Positions 14,601 through 29,839 of a stretch of DNA of 64,000 bases are shown here, piece by piece. This DNA is from Eledone cirrhosa (Eukaryota). The stretch lies in NCBI GenBank assembly GCA_964016885.1, contig OZ024742.1, forward strand, positions 347,448,001 to 347,512,000. The letters are read 5' to 3'. Within the stretch, counting starts at the first letter, position 1. Each line of letters starts with the position of its first letter. The notes beneath the pieces are model-generated. The model was given only the letters and a program-made list of their open reading frames with translations. It was not told the origin of the DNA and did no database searches. The position numbers and the translations under genes are program-made.

Positions 14601-16930
14601 TCTCATCTCTATATCAGTCTTCTCTCACCCCATCACATCTCTATATCACAGTCTTCTCTCACCCCATCACATCTCTATAACACAGTCTTCTCTCATCCCA
14701 TCTCATCTCTATATCAGTCTTCTCTCACCCCATCACATATCTATATCACAGTCTTCTCTCATCCCATCTCATCTCTATATCACAGTCTTCTCTCACCTCA
14801 TCACATCTCTATATCACAGTCTTCTCTCATCCCATCACATCTCTATATCAGTCTTCTCTCACCCCACCACATCTCTATATCACAGACTTCTCTCATCCCA
14901 TCTCATCTCTATATCAGTCTTCTCTCACCCCACCACATCTCTATATCACAGTCTTCTCTCACCCCATCACATCTCTATGTAAGTCTTCTCTCATCCCTTC
15001 ACATCTCTATAACACAGTCTTCTCTCACCTCATCACATCTCTATATCACAGTCTTCTCTCACTCCATCACATCTCTATATTAGTCTTCTCTCACCCCATC
15101 ACATCTCTATATCACAGTCTTCTCTCATCCCATCTCATCTCTATATCAGTCTTCTCTCATCCCATCACATCTCTATAACACAGTCTTCTCTCACCCCATC
15201 ACATCTCTATAACACAGTCTTCTCTCATCCCATCACATCTCTATAACAAAGTCTTCTCTCACCTCATCACATCTCTATAAAAGTCTTCTCTCACCCCATC
15301 ATATCTCTATATCACAGTCTTCTCTCACCCCATCACATCTCTTCTATATCAGTCTTCTCTCACCCCATCACATCTCTATATCACAGTCTTCTCTCATCCA
15401 ATCACATCTCTATATCAGTCTTCTCTCACCCCATCACATCTCTATATCAGTCTTCTCTCACCCCATCACATCTCTATATCAGTCTTCTCTCACCCCATCA
15501 CATCTCTATATCAGTCTTCTCTCACCCCATCACATCTCTATAACACAGTCTTCTCTCATCCCATCTCATCTCTATATCAGTCTTCTCTCACCCCATCACA
15601 TCTCTATATCACAGTCTTCTCTCACCCCATCACATCTCTATATCAGTCTTCTCTCACCCCATCACATCTCTATATCACAGTCTTCTCTCATCCCATCACA
15701 TCTCTATATCACAGTCTTCTCTCCCCTCATCACATCTCTATATCACAGTCTTCTCTCATCCCATCACATCTCTATATCAGTCTTCTCTCACCCCACCACA
15801 TCTCTATATCACAAACTTCTCTCATCCCATCTCATCTCTATATCAGTCTTCTCTCACCCCACCACATCTCTATATCACAGTCTTCTCTCACCCCATCACA
15901 TCTCTATGTAAGTCTTCTCTCATCCCTTCACATCTCTATAACACAGTCTTCTCTCACCTCATCACATCTCTATATCACAGTCTTCTCTCACTCCATCACA
16001 TCTCTATATTAGTCTTCTCTCACCCCATCACATCTCTATATCACAGTCTTCTCTCACCCCATCACATCTCTATATCACATTCTTCTCTCACCTCATCACA
16101 TCTCTATAACACAGTCTTCTCTCACCCCATCACATCTCTATATCACAGTCTTCTCTCACCCCATCACATCTCTATATCACATTCTTCTCTCATCCCATCT
16201 CATCTCTATATCAGTCTTCTCTCACCCCATCATATCTCTATATCACAGTCTTCTCTCACCCCATCACATATCTATAATACAGTCTTCTCTCACCCCATCA
16301 TATCTCTATAACACAGTCTTCTCTCATCCCATCACATCTCTATAACACAGACTTCTCTCACCTCATCACATCTCTATATCACAGTGTTCTCTCACCCCAT
16401 CACATTTCTATAACACAGACTTCTCTCACCTCAACACATCTCTATATCACAGTCTTCTGTCACCCCATAACATCTCTATATCATAGTCGTCTCTCACTCC
16501 ATCACATCTCTATAACACAGTCTTCTCTCACCTCATCACATCTCTATATCACAGTCTTCTCTCACCCCATCACATCTCCATATCACAGTCTTCTCTCACT
16601 CCATCACATCTCTATGTAAGTCTTCTCTCACCCCATCACATCTATATAACACAGTCTTCTTTCATCCCATCACATCTCTATATCACAGTCTTCTCTCACC
16701 CCATCACATCTCTATATCACAGTCTTCTCTCATCCCATCTCATCTCTATATCAGTCTTCTCTCATCCCATCACATCTCTATAACACAGTCTTCTCTCACC
16801 CCATCACATCTCTATAACACAGTCTTCTCTCATCCCATCACATCTCTATAACAAAGTCTTCTCTCACCTCATCACATCTCTATAAAAGTCTTCTCTCACC
16901 CCATCATATCTCTATATCACAGTCTTCTCT
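11650..16930. repeat. Duplicated block, about 11650-13490 copied at about 15090-16930 (offset 3440-3443 bp)
   Basis: ACAAACTTCT at 12371/15811 (+3440); CCTCAACACA at 12991/16434 (+3443, after a 3-bp deletion near 12421); ATCATAGTCGTC is shared at about 13040/16483. Confidence 0.88.
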
Positions 16931-17680
16931 CACCCCATCACATCTCTATATCAGTCTTCTCTCACCCCATCACATCTCTATATCACAGTCTTCTCTCATC
17001 CAATCACATCTCTATATCAGTCTTCTCTCACCCCATCACATCTCTATATCAGTCTTCTCTCACCCCATCACATCTCTATATCAGTCTTCTCTCACCCCAT
17101 CACATCTCTATATCAGTCTTCTCTCACCCCATCACATCTCTATAACACAGTCTTCTCTCATCCCATCTCATCTCTATATCAGTCTTCTCTCACCCCATCA
17201 CATCTCTATATCACAGTCTTCTCTCACCCCATCACATCTCTATAACACAGTCTTCTCTCATCCCATCTCATCTCTATATCAGTCTTCTCTCACCCCATCA
17301 CATATCTATATCACAGTCTTCTCTCATCCCATCTCATCTCTATATCACAGTCTTCTCTCACCTCATCACATCTCTATATCACAGTCTTCTCTCATCCCAT
17401 CACATCTCTATATCAGTCTTCTCTCACCCCACCACATCTCTATATCACAGACTTCTCTCATCCCATCTCATCTCTATATCAGTCTTCTCTCACCCCACCA
17501 CATCTCTATATCACAGTCTTCTCTCACCCCATCACATCTCTATGTAAGTCTTCTCTCATCCCTTCACATCTCTATAACACAGTCTTCTCTCACCTCATCA
17601 CATCTCTATATCACAGTCTTCTCTCACTCCATCACATCTCTATATTAGTCTTCTCTCACCCCATCACATCTCTATATCAC
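14070..17680. repeat. Duplicated block, about 14070-15120 copied at about 16635-17680 (offset 2565 bp)
   Basis: CCCACCAC...CACAGACTT with G at 14885/17450, and TATGTAAG at 14979/17544, both +2565. Confidence 0.8.
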
Positions 17681-20199
17681 AGTCTTCTCTCACCCCATCA
17701 CATCTCTATATCACATTTTTCTCTCACCTCATCACATCTCTATAACACAGTCTTCTCTCACCCCATCACATCTCTATAACACAGTCTTCTTTCATCCCAT
17801 CACATCTCTATATCACAGTCTTCTCTCACCCCATCACATCTCTATACCACAGTCTTCTCTCATCCCATCTCATCTCTATATCAGTCTTCTCTCACCCCAT
17901 CATATCTCTATATCACAGTCTTCTCTCACCCCATCACATCTCTATAATACAGTCTTCTCTCACCCCATCATATCTCTATAACACAGTCTTCTCTCATCCC
18001 ATCACATCTCTATAACACAGACTTCTCTCACCTCATCACATCTCTATATCACAGTGTTCTCTCACCCCATCACATTTCTATAACACAGACTTCTCTCACC
18101 TCATCCCATCTCATCTCTATATCAGTCTTCTCTCACCCCATCACATATCTATATCACAGTCTTCTCTGATCCCATCTCATCTCTATAAAACAGTCTTCTC
18201 TCACCCCATCACATCTCTATATCACAGTCTTCTCTCACCCCATCACATCTCTATATCAGTCTTCTCTCACCCCATCACATCTCTATATCACAGTCTTCTC
18301 TCATCCCATCACCTCTCTATAACAGTCTTCTCTCACCCCATCACATCTCTATATCACAGTCTTCTCTCATCCCATCACATCTCTATATCACAGTCTTCTC
18401 TAATCCCATCTCATCTCTATATCAGTCTTCTCTCACCCCATCACATCTCTATATCACAGTCTTCTCTCATCCCATCACATCTCCATATCACAGTCTTCTC
18501 TCACCCCATCACGTCTCTATAACACAGTCTTCTCTCATCCCATCACATCTCTATAACACAGACTTCTCTCACCTCATCCCATCTCATCTCTATATCAGTC
18601 TTCTCTCACCCCATCACATATCTATATCACAGTCTTCTCTGATCCCATCTCATCTCTATAAAACAGTCTTCTCTCACCCCATCACATCTCTATATCACAG
18701 TCTTCTCTCACCCCATCACATCTCTATATCAGTCTTCTCTCACCCCATCACATCTCTATATCACAGTCTTCTCTCATCCCATCACCTCTCTATAACAGTC
18801 TTCTCTCACCCCATCACATCTCTATATCACAGTCTTCTCTCACCCCATCACATCTCTATATCACAGTCTTCTCTCATCCCATCACATCTCCATATCACAG
18901 TCTTCTCTCATCCCATCACATCTCTATAACACAGTCTTCTCACACCTCATCACATCTCTATATCACAGTCTTCTCTCACTCCATCACATCTCTATATTAG
19001 TCTTCTCTCACCCCATCACGTCTCTATATCACAGTCTTCTCTCACCCCATCACATCTCTATATCACAGTCTTCTCTCACCTCATCACATCTCTATAACAC
19101 AGTCTTCTCTCACCCCATCACATCTCTATAACACAGTCTTCTCTCACCCCATCACATCTATATAACACAGTCTTCTTTCATCCCATCACACCTCTATATC
19201 ACAGTCTTCTCTCACCCCATCACATCTCTATATCACAGTCTTCTCTCACCTCATCACATCTCTATAAAACAGTCTTCTCTCACCCCATCACATCTCTATA
19301 ACACAGTCTTCTCTCACCCCATCACATCTCTATAACACAGACTTCTCTCACCTCATCACATCTCTATATCACAGTCTTCTCTCACCCCATCACATCCCTA
19401 TAACACAAACTTCTCTCACCTCATCACATCTCTATATCACAGTCTTCTCTCACCCCATCACATCTCTATAACACAGTCTTCTCTCACCCCATCACATCTC
19501 TATAAAACAGTCTTCTCTCACCCCATCACACCTCTATATCACAGTCTTCTCTCACCCCATCACATCTCTATATCACAGTCTTCTCTCACCTCATCACATC
19601 TCTATAAAACAGTCTTCTCTCACCCCATCACATCTCTATAACACAGTCTTCTCTCACCCCATCACATCTCTATAACACAGACTTCTCTCACCTCATCACA
19701 TCTCTATATCACAGTCTTCTCTCACCCCATCACATCTCTATATCAGTCTTCTCTCACCCCAGCACATCTCTATAACACAGTCTTCTCTCACCCCATCACA
19801 TCTATATAACACAGTCTTCTTTCATCCCATCACATCTCTATATCACAGTCTTCTCTCACCCCATCACATCTCTATATCACAGTCTCCTCTCATCCCATCT
19901 CATCTCTGTATCAGTCTTCTCTCACCACATCACATCTCTATAACACAGTCTTCTCTCACCCCATCACATCTCTATATCACAGTCTTCTCTCACCCCATCA
20001 CATCTCTATATCACAGTCTTCTCTCATCCCATCTCATCTCTATATCAGTCTTCTCTCATCCCATCACATCTCTATAACACAGTCTTCTCTCACCCCATCA
20101 CATCTCTATATCACAGTCTTCTCTCACCGCATCACATCTCTATATCACAGTCTTCTCTCACCCCATCACATCTCTATATCACAGTCTTCTCTCATCTCA

Positions 20200-23100
20200 T
20201 CACATCTCTATAACACAGTCTTCTCTCACCCCATCACATATCTATCACACAGTCTTCACTCACCCCATCACATCTATATAACACAGTCTTCTTTCATCCC
20301 ATCACATCTCTATATCACAGTCTTCTCTCACCCCATCACATCTCTATATCACAGTCTTCTCTCATCCCATCTCATCTCTATATCAGTCTTCTCTCACCCC
20401 ATCACATGTCTATAATACATTCTTCTCTCACCCCATCACATCTCTATATCACAGTCTTCTCTCACCCCATCACATCTCTATATCAGTCTTCCCTCATCCC
20501 ATCACATCTCTATAAAACAGTCTTCGCTCACTCCATCACATCTCTATATCACAGTATTCTCTCACCCCATCACATCTCTATATCAGTCTTCTCTCACCCC
20601 ATCACGTCTCTATATCACAGTCTTCTCTCACCCCATCACATCTCTATAACACAGTCTTCTCTCATCCCATCTCATCTCTATATCAGTCTTCTCTCACCCC
20701 ATCACATCTCTATATCACAGTCTTCTCTCACCCCATCACATCTCTATAACACAGTCTTCTCTCATCCCATCTCATCTCTATATCAGTCTTCTCTCACCCC
20801 ATCACATATCTATATCACAGTCTTCTCTCATCCCATCTCATCTCTATAAAACAGTCTTCTCTCACCCCATCACATCTCTATATCACAGTCTTCTCTCACC
20901 CCATCACATCTCAATAACAGTCTTCTCTCATCCAATCACATCTCTATATCACAGTCTTCTCTCACCCCATCACATCTCTATAACACAGTCTTCTCTCATC
21001 CCATCTCATCTCTATATCAGTCTTCTCTCACCCCATCACATCTCTATATCACAGTGTTCTCTCATCCCATCTCATCTCTATATCAGTCTTCTCTCACCCC
21101 ATCACATCTCTATATCACAGTCTTCTCTCACCCCATCACATCTCCATATCACAGTCTTCTCTCACCCCATCACATCTCTATATCACAGTCTTCTCTCATC
21201 CCATCACATCTCTATAACAGTCTTCTCTCACCCCATCACATCTCTATATCATAGTCTTCTCTCATCCCATCACATCTCTATATCACAGTCTTCTCTCATC
21301 CCATCTCATCTCTATATCAGTCTTCTCTCACCCCATCACATCTCTATATCACAGTCTTCTCTCATCCCATCACATCTCCATATCACAGTCTTCTCTCACC
21401 CCATCACATCTCTATGTAAGTCTTCTCTCACCCCATCACATCTATATAACACAGTCTTCTTTCATCCCATCACATCTCTATATCACAGTCCTCTCTCACC
21501 CCATCACATCTCTATATCACAGTCTTCTCTCATCCCATCTCATCTCTATATCAGTCTTCTCTCACCCCATCACATCTCTATAACACAGTCTTCTCTCACC
21601 CCATCAAATCTCTATATCACAGTCTTCTCTCACCTCATCACATCTCTATAACACAGTCTTCTCTCACCCCATCACATCTCTATAACACAGTCTTCTCTCA
21701 CCCCATCACATCTATATAACACAGTCTTCTTTCATCCCATCACATCTCTATATCACAGTCTTCTCTCACCCCATCACATCTCTATATCACAGTCTTCTCT
21801 CATCCCATCTCATCTCTGTATCAGTCTTCTCTCACCTCATCACATCTCTATAACACAGTCTTCTCTCACCCCATCACATCTCTATATCACAGTCTTCTCT
21901 CACCCCATCACATCTCTATATCACAGTCTTCTCTCATCCCATCTCATCTCTATATCAGTCTTCTCTCATCCCATCACATCTCTATAACACAGTCTTCTCT
22001 CACCCCATCACATCTATATATCACAGTCTTCTCTCACCCCATCACATCTCTATATCACAGTCTTCTCTCACCCCATCACATCTCTATAACACAGTCTTCT
22101 CTCATCCCATCTCATCTCTATATCAGTCTTCTCTCATCCCATCACATCTCTATAACACAGTCTTCTCTCACCCCATCACATATCTATCACACAGTCTTCA
22201 CTCACCCCATCACATCTATATAACACAGTCTTCTTTCATCCCATCACATCTCTATATCACAGTCTTCTCTCACCCCATCACATCTCTATATCACAGTCTT
22301 CTCTCATCCCATCTCATCTCTATATCAGTCTTCTCTCACCCCATCACATGTCTATAATACATTCTTCTCTCACCCCATCACATCTCTATATCACAGTCTT
22401 CTCTCACCCCATCACATCTCTATATCAGTCTTCCCTCATCCCATCACATCTCTATAAAACAGTCTTCGCTCACTCCATCACATCTCTATATCACAGTATT
22501 CTCTCACCCCATCACATCTCTATATCAGTCTTCTCTCACCCCATCACGTCTCTATATCACAGTCTTCTCTCACCCCATCACATCTCTATAACACAGTCTT
22601 CTCTCATCCCATCTCATCTCTATATCAGTCTTCTCTCACCCCATCACATCTCTATATCACAGTCTTCTCTCACCCCATCACATCTCTATAACACAGTCTT
22701 CTCTCATCCCATCTCATCTCTATATCAGTCTTCTCTCACCCCATCACATATCTATATCACAGTCTTCTCTCATCCCATCTCATCTCTATAAAACAGTCTT
22801 CTCTCACCCCATCACATCTCTATATCACAGTCTTCTCTCACCCCATCACATCTCAATAACAGTCTTCTCTCATCCAATCACATCTCTATATCACAGTCTT
22901 CTCTCACCCCATCACATCTCTATAACACAGTCTTCTCTCATCCCATCTCATCTCTATATCAGTCTTCTCTCACCCCATCACATCTCTATATCACAGTGTT
23001 CTCTCATCCCATCTCATCTCTATATCAGTCTTCTCTCACCCCATCACATCTCTATATCACAGTCTTCTCTCACCCCATCACATCTCCATATCACAGTCTT

Positions 23101-24030
23101 CTCTCACCCCATCACATCTCTATATCACAGTCTTCTCTCATCCCATCACATCTCTATAACAGTCTTCTCTCACCCCATCACATCTCTATATCATAGTCTT
23201 CTCTCATCCCATCACATCTCTATATCACAGTCTTCTCTCATCCCATCTCATCTCTATATCAGTCTTCTCTCACCCCATCACATCTCTATATCACAGTCTT
23301 CTCTCATCCCATCACATCTCCATATCACAGTCTTCTCTCACCCCATCACATCTCTATGTAAGTCTTCTCTCACCCCATCACATCTATATAACACAGTCTT
23401 CTTTCATCCCATCACATCTCTATATCACAGTCCTCTCTCACCCCATCACATCTCTATATCACAGTCTTCTCTCATCCCATCTCATCTCTATATCAGTCTT
23501 CTCTCACCCCATCACATCTCTATAACACAGTCTTCTCTCACCCCATCAAATCTCTATATCACAGTCTTCTCTCACCTCATCACATCTCTATAACACAGTC
23601 TTCTCTCACCCCATCACATCTCTATAACACAGTCTTCTCTCACCCCATCACATCTATATAACACAGTCTTCTTTCATCCCATCACATCTCTATATCACAG
23701 TCTTCTCTCACCCCATCACATCTCTATATCACAGTCTTCTCTCATCCCATCTCATCTCTGTATCAGTCTTCTCTCACCTCATCACATCTCTATAACACAG
23801 TCTTCTCTCACCCCATCACATCTCTATATCACAGTCTTCTCTCACCCCATCACATCTCTATATCACAGTCTTCTCTCATCCCATCTCATCTCTATATCAG
23901 TCTTCTCTCATCCCATCACATCTCTATAACACAGTCTTCTCTCACCCCATCACATCTATATATCACAGTCTTCTCTCACCCCATCACATCTCTATATCAC
24001 AGTCTTCTCTCACCCCATCACATCTCTATA
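20200..24030. repeat. Near-tandem higher-order duplication, period 1942 bp
   Basis: Identical ORF translations at 20406/22348 and 21054/22996 (+1942); AGTCTTCACT at 20251/22193; CATCAAATC at 21606/23548. Confidence 0.93.
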
Positions 24031-26449
24031 TCACAGTCTTCTCTCACCTCATCACATCTCTATAACACAGTCTTCTCTCACTCCATCACATCTCTATAAC
24101 ACAGTCTTCTCTCACCCCATCACATCTATATAACACAGTCTTCTTTCATCCCATCACATCTCTATATCACAGTCTTCTCTCACCCCAACACATCTCTATA
24201 TCACAGTCTTCTCTCATCCCATCTCATCTCTATATCAGTCTTCTCTCACCCCATCACATCTCTATAACACAGTCTTCTCTCACCCCATCACATCTCTATA
24301 TCACAGTCTTCTCTCACCCCATCACATCTCTATATCAGTCTTCTCTCATCCCATCACATCTCTATAAAACAGTCTTCGCTCACCCCATCGCATCTCTATA
24401 TCACAGTCTTCTCTCACCCCATCACATATCTATATCACAGTCTTCTCTCATCCCATCTCATCTCTATAAAACAGTCTTCTCTCACCTCATCACATCTCTA
24501 TATCACAGTCTTCTCTCACCCCATCGCATCTCTATATCAGTCTTCTCTCACCCCATCACATCTCTATATCACAGTCTTCTCTCATCCCATCACCTCTCTA
24601 TAACAGTCTTCTCTCACCCCATCACATCTCTATATCACAGTCTTCTCTCATCCCATCACATCTCTATATCACAGTCTTCTCTAATCCCATCTCATCTCTA
24701 TATCAGTCTTCTCTCACCCCATCACATCTCTATATCACAGTCTTCTCTCATCCCATCACATCTCCATATCACAGTCGTCTCTCACCCCATCACATCTCTA
24801 TGTAAGTCTTCTCTCATCCCATCACATCTCTATAACACAGTCTTCTCTCACCTCATCACGTCTCTATATCACAGTCTTCTCTCACTCCGTCACATCTCTA
24901 TATTAGTCTTCTCTCACCCCATCACATCTCTATATCACAGTCTTCTCTCACCCCATCACATCTCTATATCACAGTCTTCTCTCACCTCATCACATCTCTA
25001 TAACACAGTCTTCTCTCACCCCATCACATCTCTATAACACAGTCTTCTCTCACCCCATCACATCTATATAACACAGTCTTCTTTCATCCCATCACATCTC
25101 TATATCACAGTCTTCTCTCATCCCATCTCATCTCTATATCACAGTCTTCTCTCACCCCATCACATCTCTATAACACAGTCTTCTCTCATCCCATCACATC
25201 TCTATAACAAAGTCTTCTCTCACCTCATCACATCTCTAGAAAAGTCTTCTCTCAGCCCATCATATCTCTATATCACAGTCTTCTCTCACCCCATCACATC
25301 TCTATATCAGTCTTCTCTCACCCCATCACATCTCTATATCACAGTCTTCTCTCATCCAATCACATCTCTATATCAGTCTTCTCTCACCCCATCACATCTC
25401 TATATCAGTCTTCTCTCACCCCATCACATCTCTATATCAGTCTTCTCTCACCCCATCACATCTCTATATCAGTCTTCTCTCATCCCATCACGTCTCTATA
25501 TCACAGTCTTCTCTCACCCCATCACATCTCTATAACACAGTCTTCTCTCATCCCATCTCATCTCTATATCACAGTCTTCTCTCATCCCATCACATCTCTA
25601 TATCACAGTCTTCTCTCACCCCATCACATCTCTATAACACAGTCTTCTCTCATCCCATCTCATCTCTATATCAGTCTTCTCTCACCCCATCACATCTCTA
25701 TATCACAGTCTTCTCTCACCCCATCACATCTCTATATCAGTCTTCTCTCACCCCATCACATCTCTATATCACAGTCTTCTCTCATCCCATCACATCTCTA
25801 TATCACAGTCTTCTCTCACCTCATCACATCTCTATATCACAGTCTTCTCTCACCCCATCACATCTCTATAATACAGTCTTCTCTCACCCCATCATATCTC
25901 TATAACACAGTCTTCTCTCATCCCATCACATCTCTATAACACAGACTTCTCTCACCTCATCACATCTCTATATCACAGTGTTCTCTCACCCCATCACATT
26001 TCTATAACACAGACTTCTCTCATCTCATCCCATCTCATCTCTATATCAGTCTTCTCTCACCCCATCACATATCTATATCACAGTCTTCTCTGATCCCATC
26101 TCATCTCTATAAAACAGTCTTCTCTCACCCCATCACATCTCTATATCACAGTCTTCTCTCACCCCATCACATCTCTATATCAGTCTTCTCTCACCCCATC
26201 ACATCTCTATATCACAGTCTTCTCTCATCCCATCACCTCTCTATAACAGTCTTCTCTCACCCCATCACATCTCTATATCACAGTCTTCTCTCATCCCATC
26301 ACATCTCTATATCACAGTCTTCTCTAATCCCATCTCATCTCTATATCAGTCTTCTCTCACCCCATCACATCTCTATATCACAGTCTTCTCTCATCCCATC
26401 ACATCTCCATATCACAGTCTTCTCTCACCCCATCACATCTCTATGTAAG

Positions 26450-28970
26450 TCTTCTCTCATCCCATCACATCTCTATAACACAGTCTTCTCACACCTCATC
26501 ACATCTCTATATCACAGTCTTCTCTCACTCCATCACATCTCTATATTAGTCTTCTCTCACCCCATCACGTCTCTATATCACAGTCTTCTCTCACCCCATC
26601 ACATCTCTATATCACAGTCTTCTCTCACCTCATCACATCTCTATAACACAGTCTTCTCTCACCCCATCACATCTCTATAACACAGTCTTCTCTCACCCCA
26701 TCACATCTATATAACACAGTCTTCTTTCATCCCATCACACCTCTATATCACAGTCTTCTCTCACCCCATCACATCTCTATATCACAGTCTTCTCTCACCT
26801 CATCACATCTCTATAAAACAGTCTTCTCTCACCCCATCACATCTCTATAACACAGTCTTCTCTCACCCCATCACATCTCTATAACACAGACTTCTCTCAC
26901 CTCATCACATCTCTATATCACAGTCTTCTCTCACCCCATCACATCCCTATAACACAAACTTCTCTCACCTCATCACATCTCTATATCACAGTCTTCTCTC
27001 ACCCCATCACATCTCTATAACACAGTCTTCTCTCACCCCATCACATCTCTATAAAACAGTCTTCTCTCACCCCATCACACCTCTATATCACAGTCTTCTC
27101 TCACCCCATCACATCTCTATATCACAGTCTTCTCTCACCTCATCACATCTCTATAAAACAGTCTTCTCTCACCCCATCACATCTCTATAACACAGTCTTC
27201 TCTCACCCCATCACATCTCTATAACACAGACTTCTCTCACCTCATCACATCTCTATATCACAGTCTTCTCTCACCCCATCACATCTCTATATCAGTCTTC
27301 TCTCACCCCAGCACATCTCTATAACACAGTCTTCTCTCACCCCATCACATCTATATAACACAGTCTTCTTTCATCCCATCACATCTCTATATCACAGTCT
27401 TCTCTCACCCCATCACATCTCTATATCACAGTCTCCTCTCATCCCATCTCATCTCTGTATCAGTCTTCTCTCACCACATCACATCTCTATAACACAGTCT
27501 TCTCTCACCCCATCACATCTCTATATCACAGTCTTCTCTCACCCCATCACATCTCTATATCACAGTCTTCTCTCATCCCATCTCATCTCTATATCAGTCT
27601 TCTCTCATCCCATCACATCTCTATAACACAGTCTTCTCTCACCCCATCACATCTCTATATCACAGTCTTCTCTCACCGCATCACATCTCTATATCACAGT
27701 CTTCTCTCACCCCATCACATCTCTATATCACAGTCTTCTCTCATCTCATCACATCTCTATAACACAGTCTTCTCTCACCCCATCACATATCTATCACACA
27801 GTCTTCACTCACCCCATCACATCTATATAACACAGTCTTCTTTCATCCCATCACATCTCTATATCACAGTCTTCTCTCACCCCATCACATCTCTATATCA
27901 CAGTCTTCTCTCATCCCATCTCATCTCTATATCAGTCTTCTCTCACCCCATCACATCTCTATAATACATTCTTCTCTCACCCCATCACATCTCTATATCA
28001 CAGTCTTCTCTCACCCCATCACATCTCTATATCAGTCTTCCCTCATCCCATCACATCTCTATAAAACAGTCTTCGCTCACTCCATCACATCTCTATATCA
28101 CAGTATTCTCTCACCCCATCACATCTCTATATCAGTCTTCTCTCACCCCATCACGTCTCTATATCACAGTCATCTCTCACCCCATCACATCTCTATAACA
28201 CAGTCTTCTCTCATCCCATCTCATCTCTATATCAGTCTTCTCTCACCCCATCACATCTCTATATCACAGTCTTCTCTCACCCCATCACATCTCTATAACA
28301 CAGTCTTCTCTCATCCCATCTCATCTCTATATCAGTCTTCTCTCACCCCATCACATATCTATATCACAGTCTTCTCTCATCCCATCTCATCTCTATAAAA
28401 CAGTCTTCTCTCACCCCATCACATCTCTATATCACAGTCTTCTCTCACCCCATCACATCTCAATAACAGTCTTCTCTCATCCAATCACATCTCTATATCA
28501 CAGTCTTCTCTCACCCCATCACATCTCTATAACACAGTCTTCTCTCATCCCATCTCATCTCTATATCAGTCTTCTCTCACCCCATCACATCTCTATATCA
28601 CAGTGTTCTCTCATCCCATCTCATCTCTATATCAGTCTTCTCTCACCCCATCACATCTCTATATCACAGTCTTCTCTCACCCCATCACATCTCCATATCA
28701 CAGTCTTCTCTCACCCCATCACATCTCTATATCACAGTCTTCTCTCATCCCATCACATCTCTATAACAGTCTTCTCTCACCCCATCACATCTCTATATCA
28801 TAGTCTTCTCTCATCCCATCACATCTCTATATCACAGTCTTCTCTCATCCCATCTCATCTCTATATCAGTCTTCTCTCACCCCATCACATCTCTATATCA
28901 CAGTCTTCTCTCATCCCATCACATCTCCATATCACAGTCTTCTCTCACCCCATCACATCTCTATGTAAGT
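26450..28970. repeat. Dispersed copy of about 18900-21420 (offset 7549 bp)
   Basis: CCCAGCAC G at 19762/27311; CACCGCAT G at 20129/27678; ORFs at 21054/28603; all +7549. Confidence 0.9.
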
Positions 28971-29839
28971 CTTCTCTCACCTCATCACATCTCTATAACA
29001 CAGTCTTCTCTCACCCCATCACATCTCTATAACACAGTCTTCTCTCACCCCATCACATCTATATAACACAGTATTCTTTCATCCCATCACATCTCTATAT
29101 CACAGTCTTCTCTCACCCCATCACATCTCTATATCACAGTCTTCTCTCATCCCATCTCATCTCTGTATCAGTCTTCTCTCACCCCATCACATCTCTATAA
29201 CACAGTCTTCTCTAACCCCATCACATCTCTATATCACAGTCTTCTCTCACCCCATCACATCTCTATATCACAGTCTTCTCTCATCCCATCTCATCTCTAT
29301 ATCAGTCTTCTCTCGTCCCATCACATCTCTATAACACAGTGTTCTCTCACCCCATCACATCTCTATATCACAGTCTTCTCTCACCCCATCACATCTCTAT
29401 ATCACAGTCTTCTCTCACCCCATCAAATCTCTATATCACAGTCTTCTCTCACCTCATCACATCTCTATAACACAGTCTTCTCTCACCCCATCACATCTCT
29501 ATAACACAGTCTTCTCTCACCCCATCACATCTATATAACACAGTCTTCTTTCATCCCATCACATCTCTATATCACAGTCCTCTCTCACCCCATCACATCT
29601 CTATATCACAGTCTTCTCTCATCCCATCTCATCTCTATATCAGTCTTCTCTCACCCCATCACATCTCTATAACACAGTCTTCTCTCACCCCATCACATCT
29701 CTATATCACAGTCTTCTCTCACCTCATCACATCTCTATAACACAGTCTTCTCTCACCCCATCACATCTCTATAACACAGTCTTCTCTCACCCCATCACAT
29801 CTATATAACACAGTCTTCTTTCATCCCATCACATCTCTA

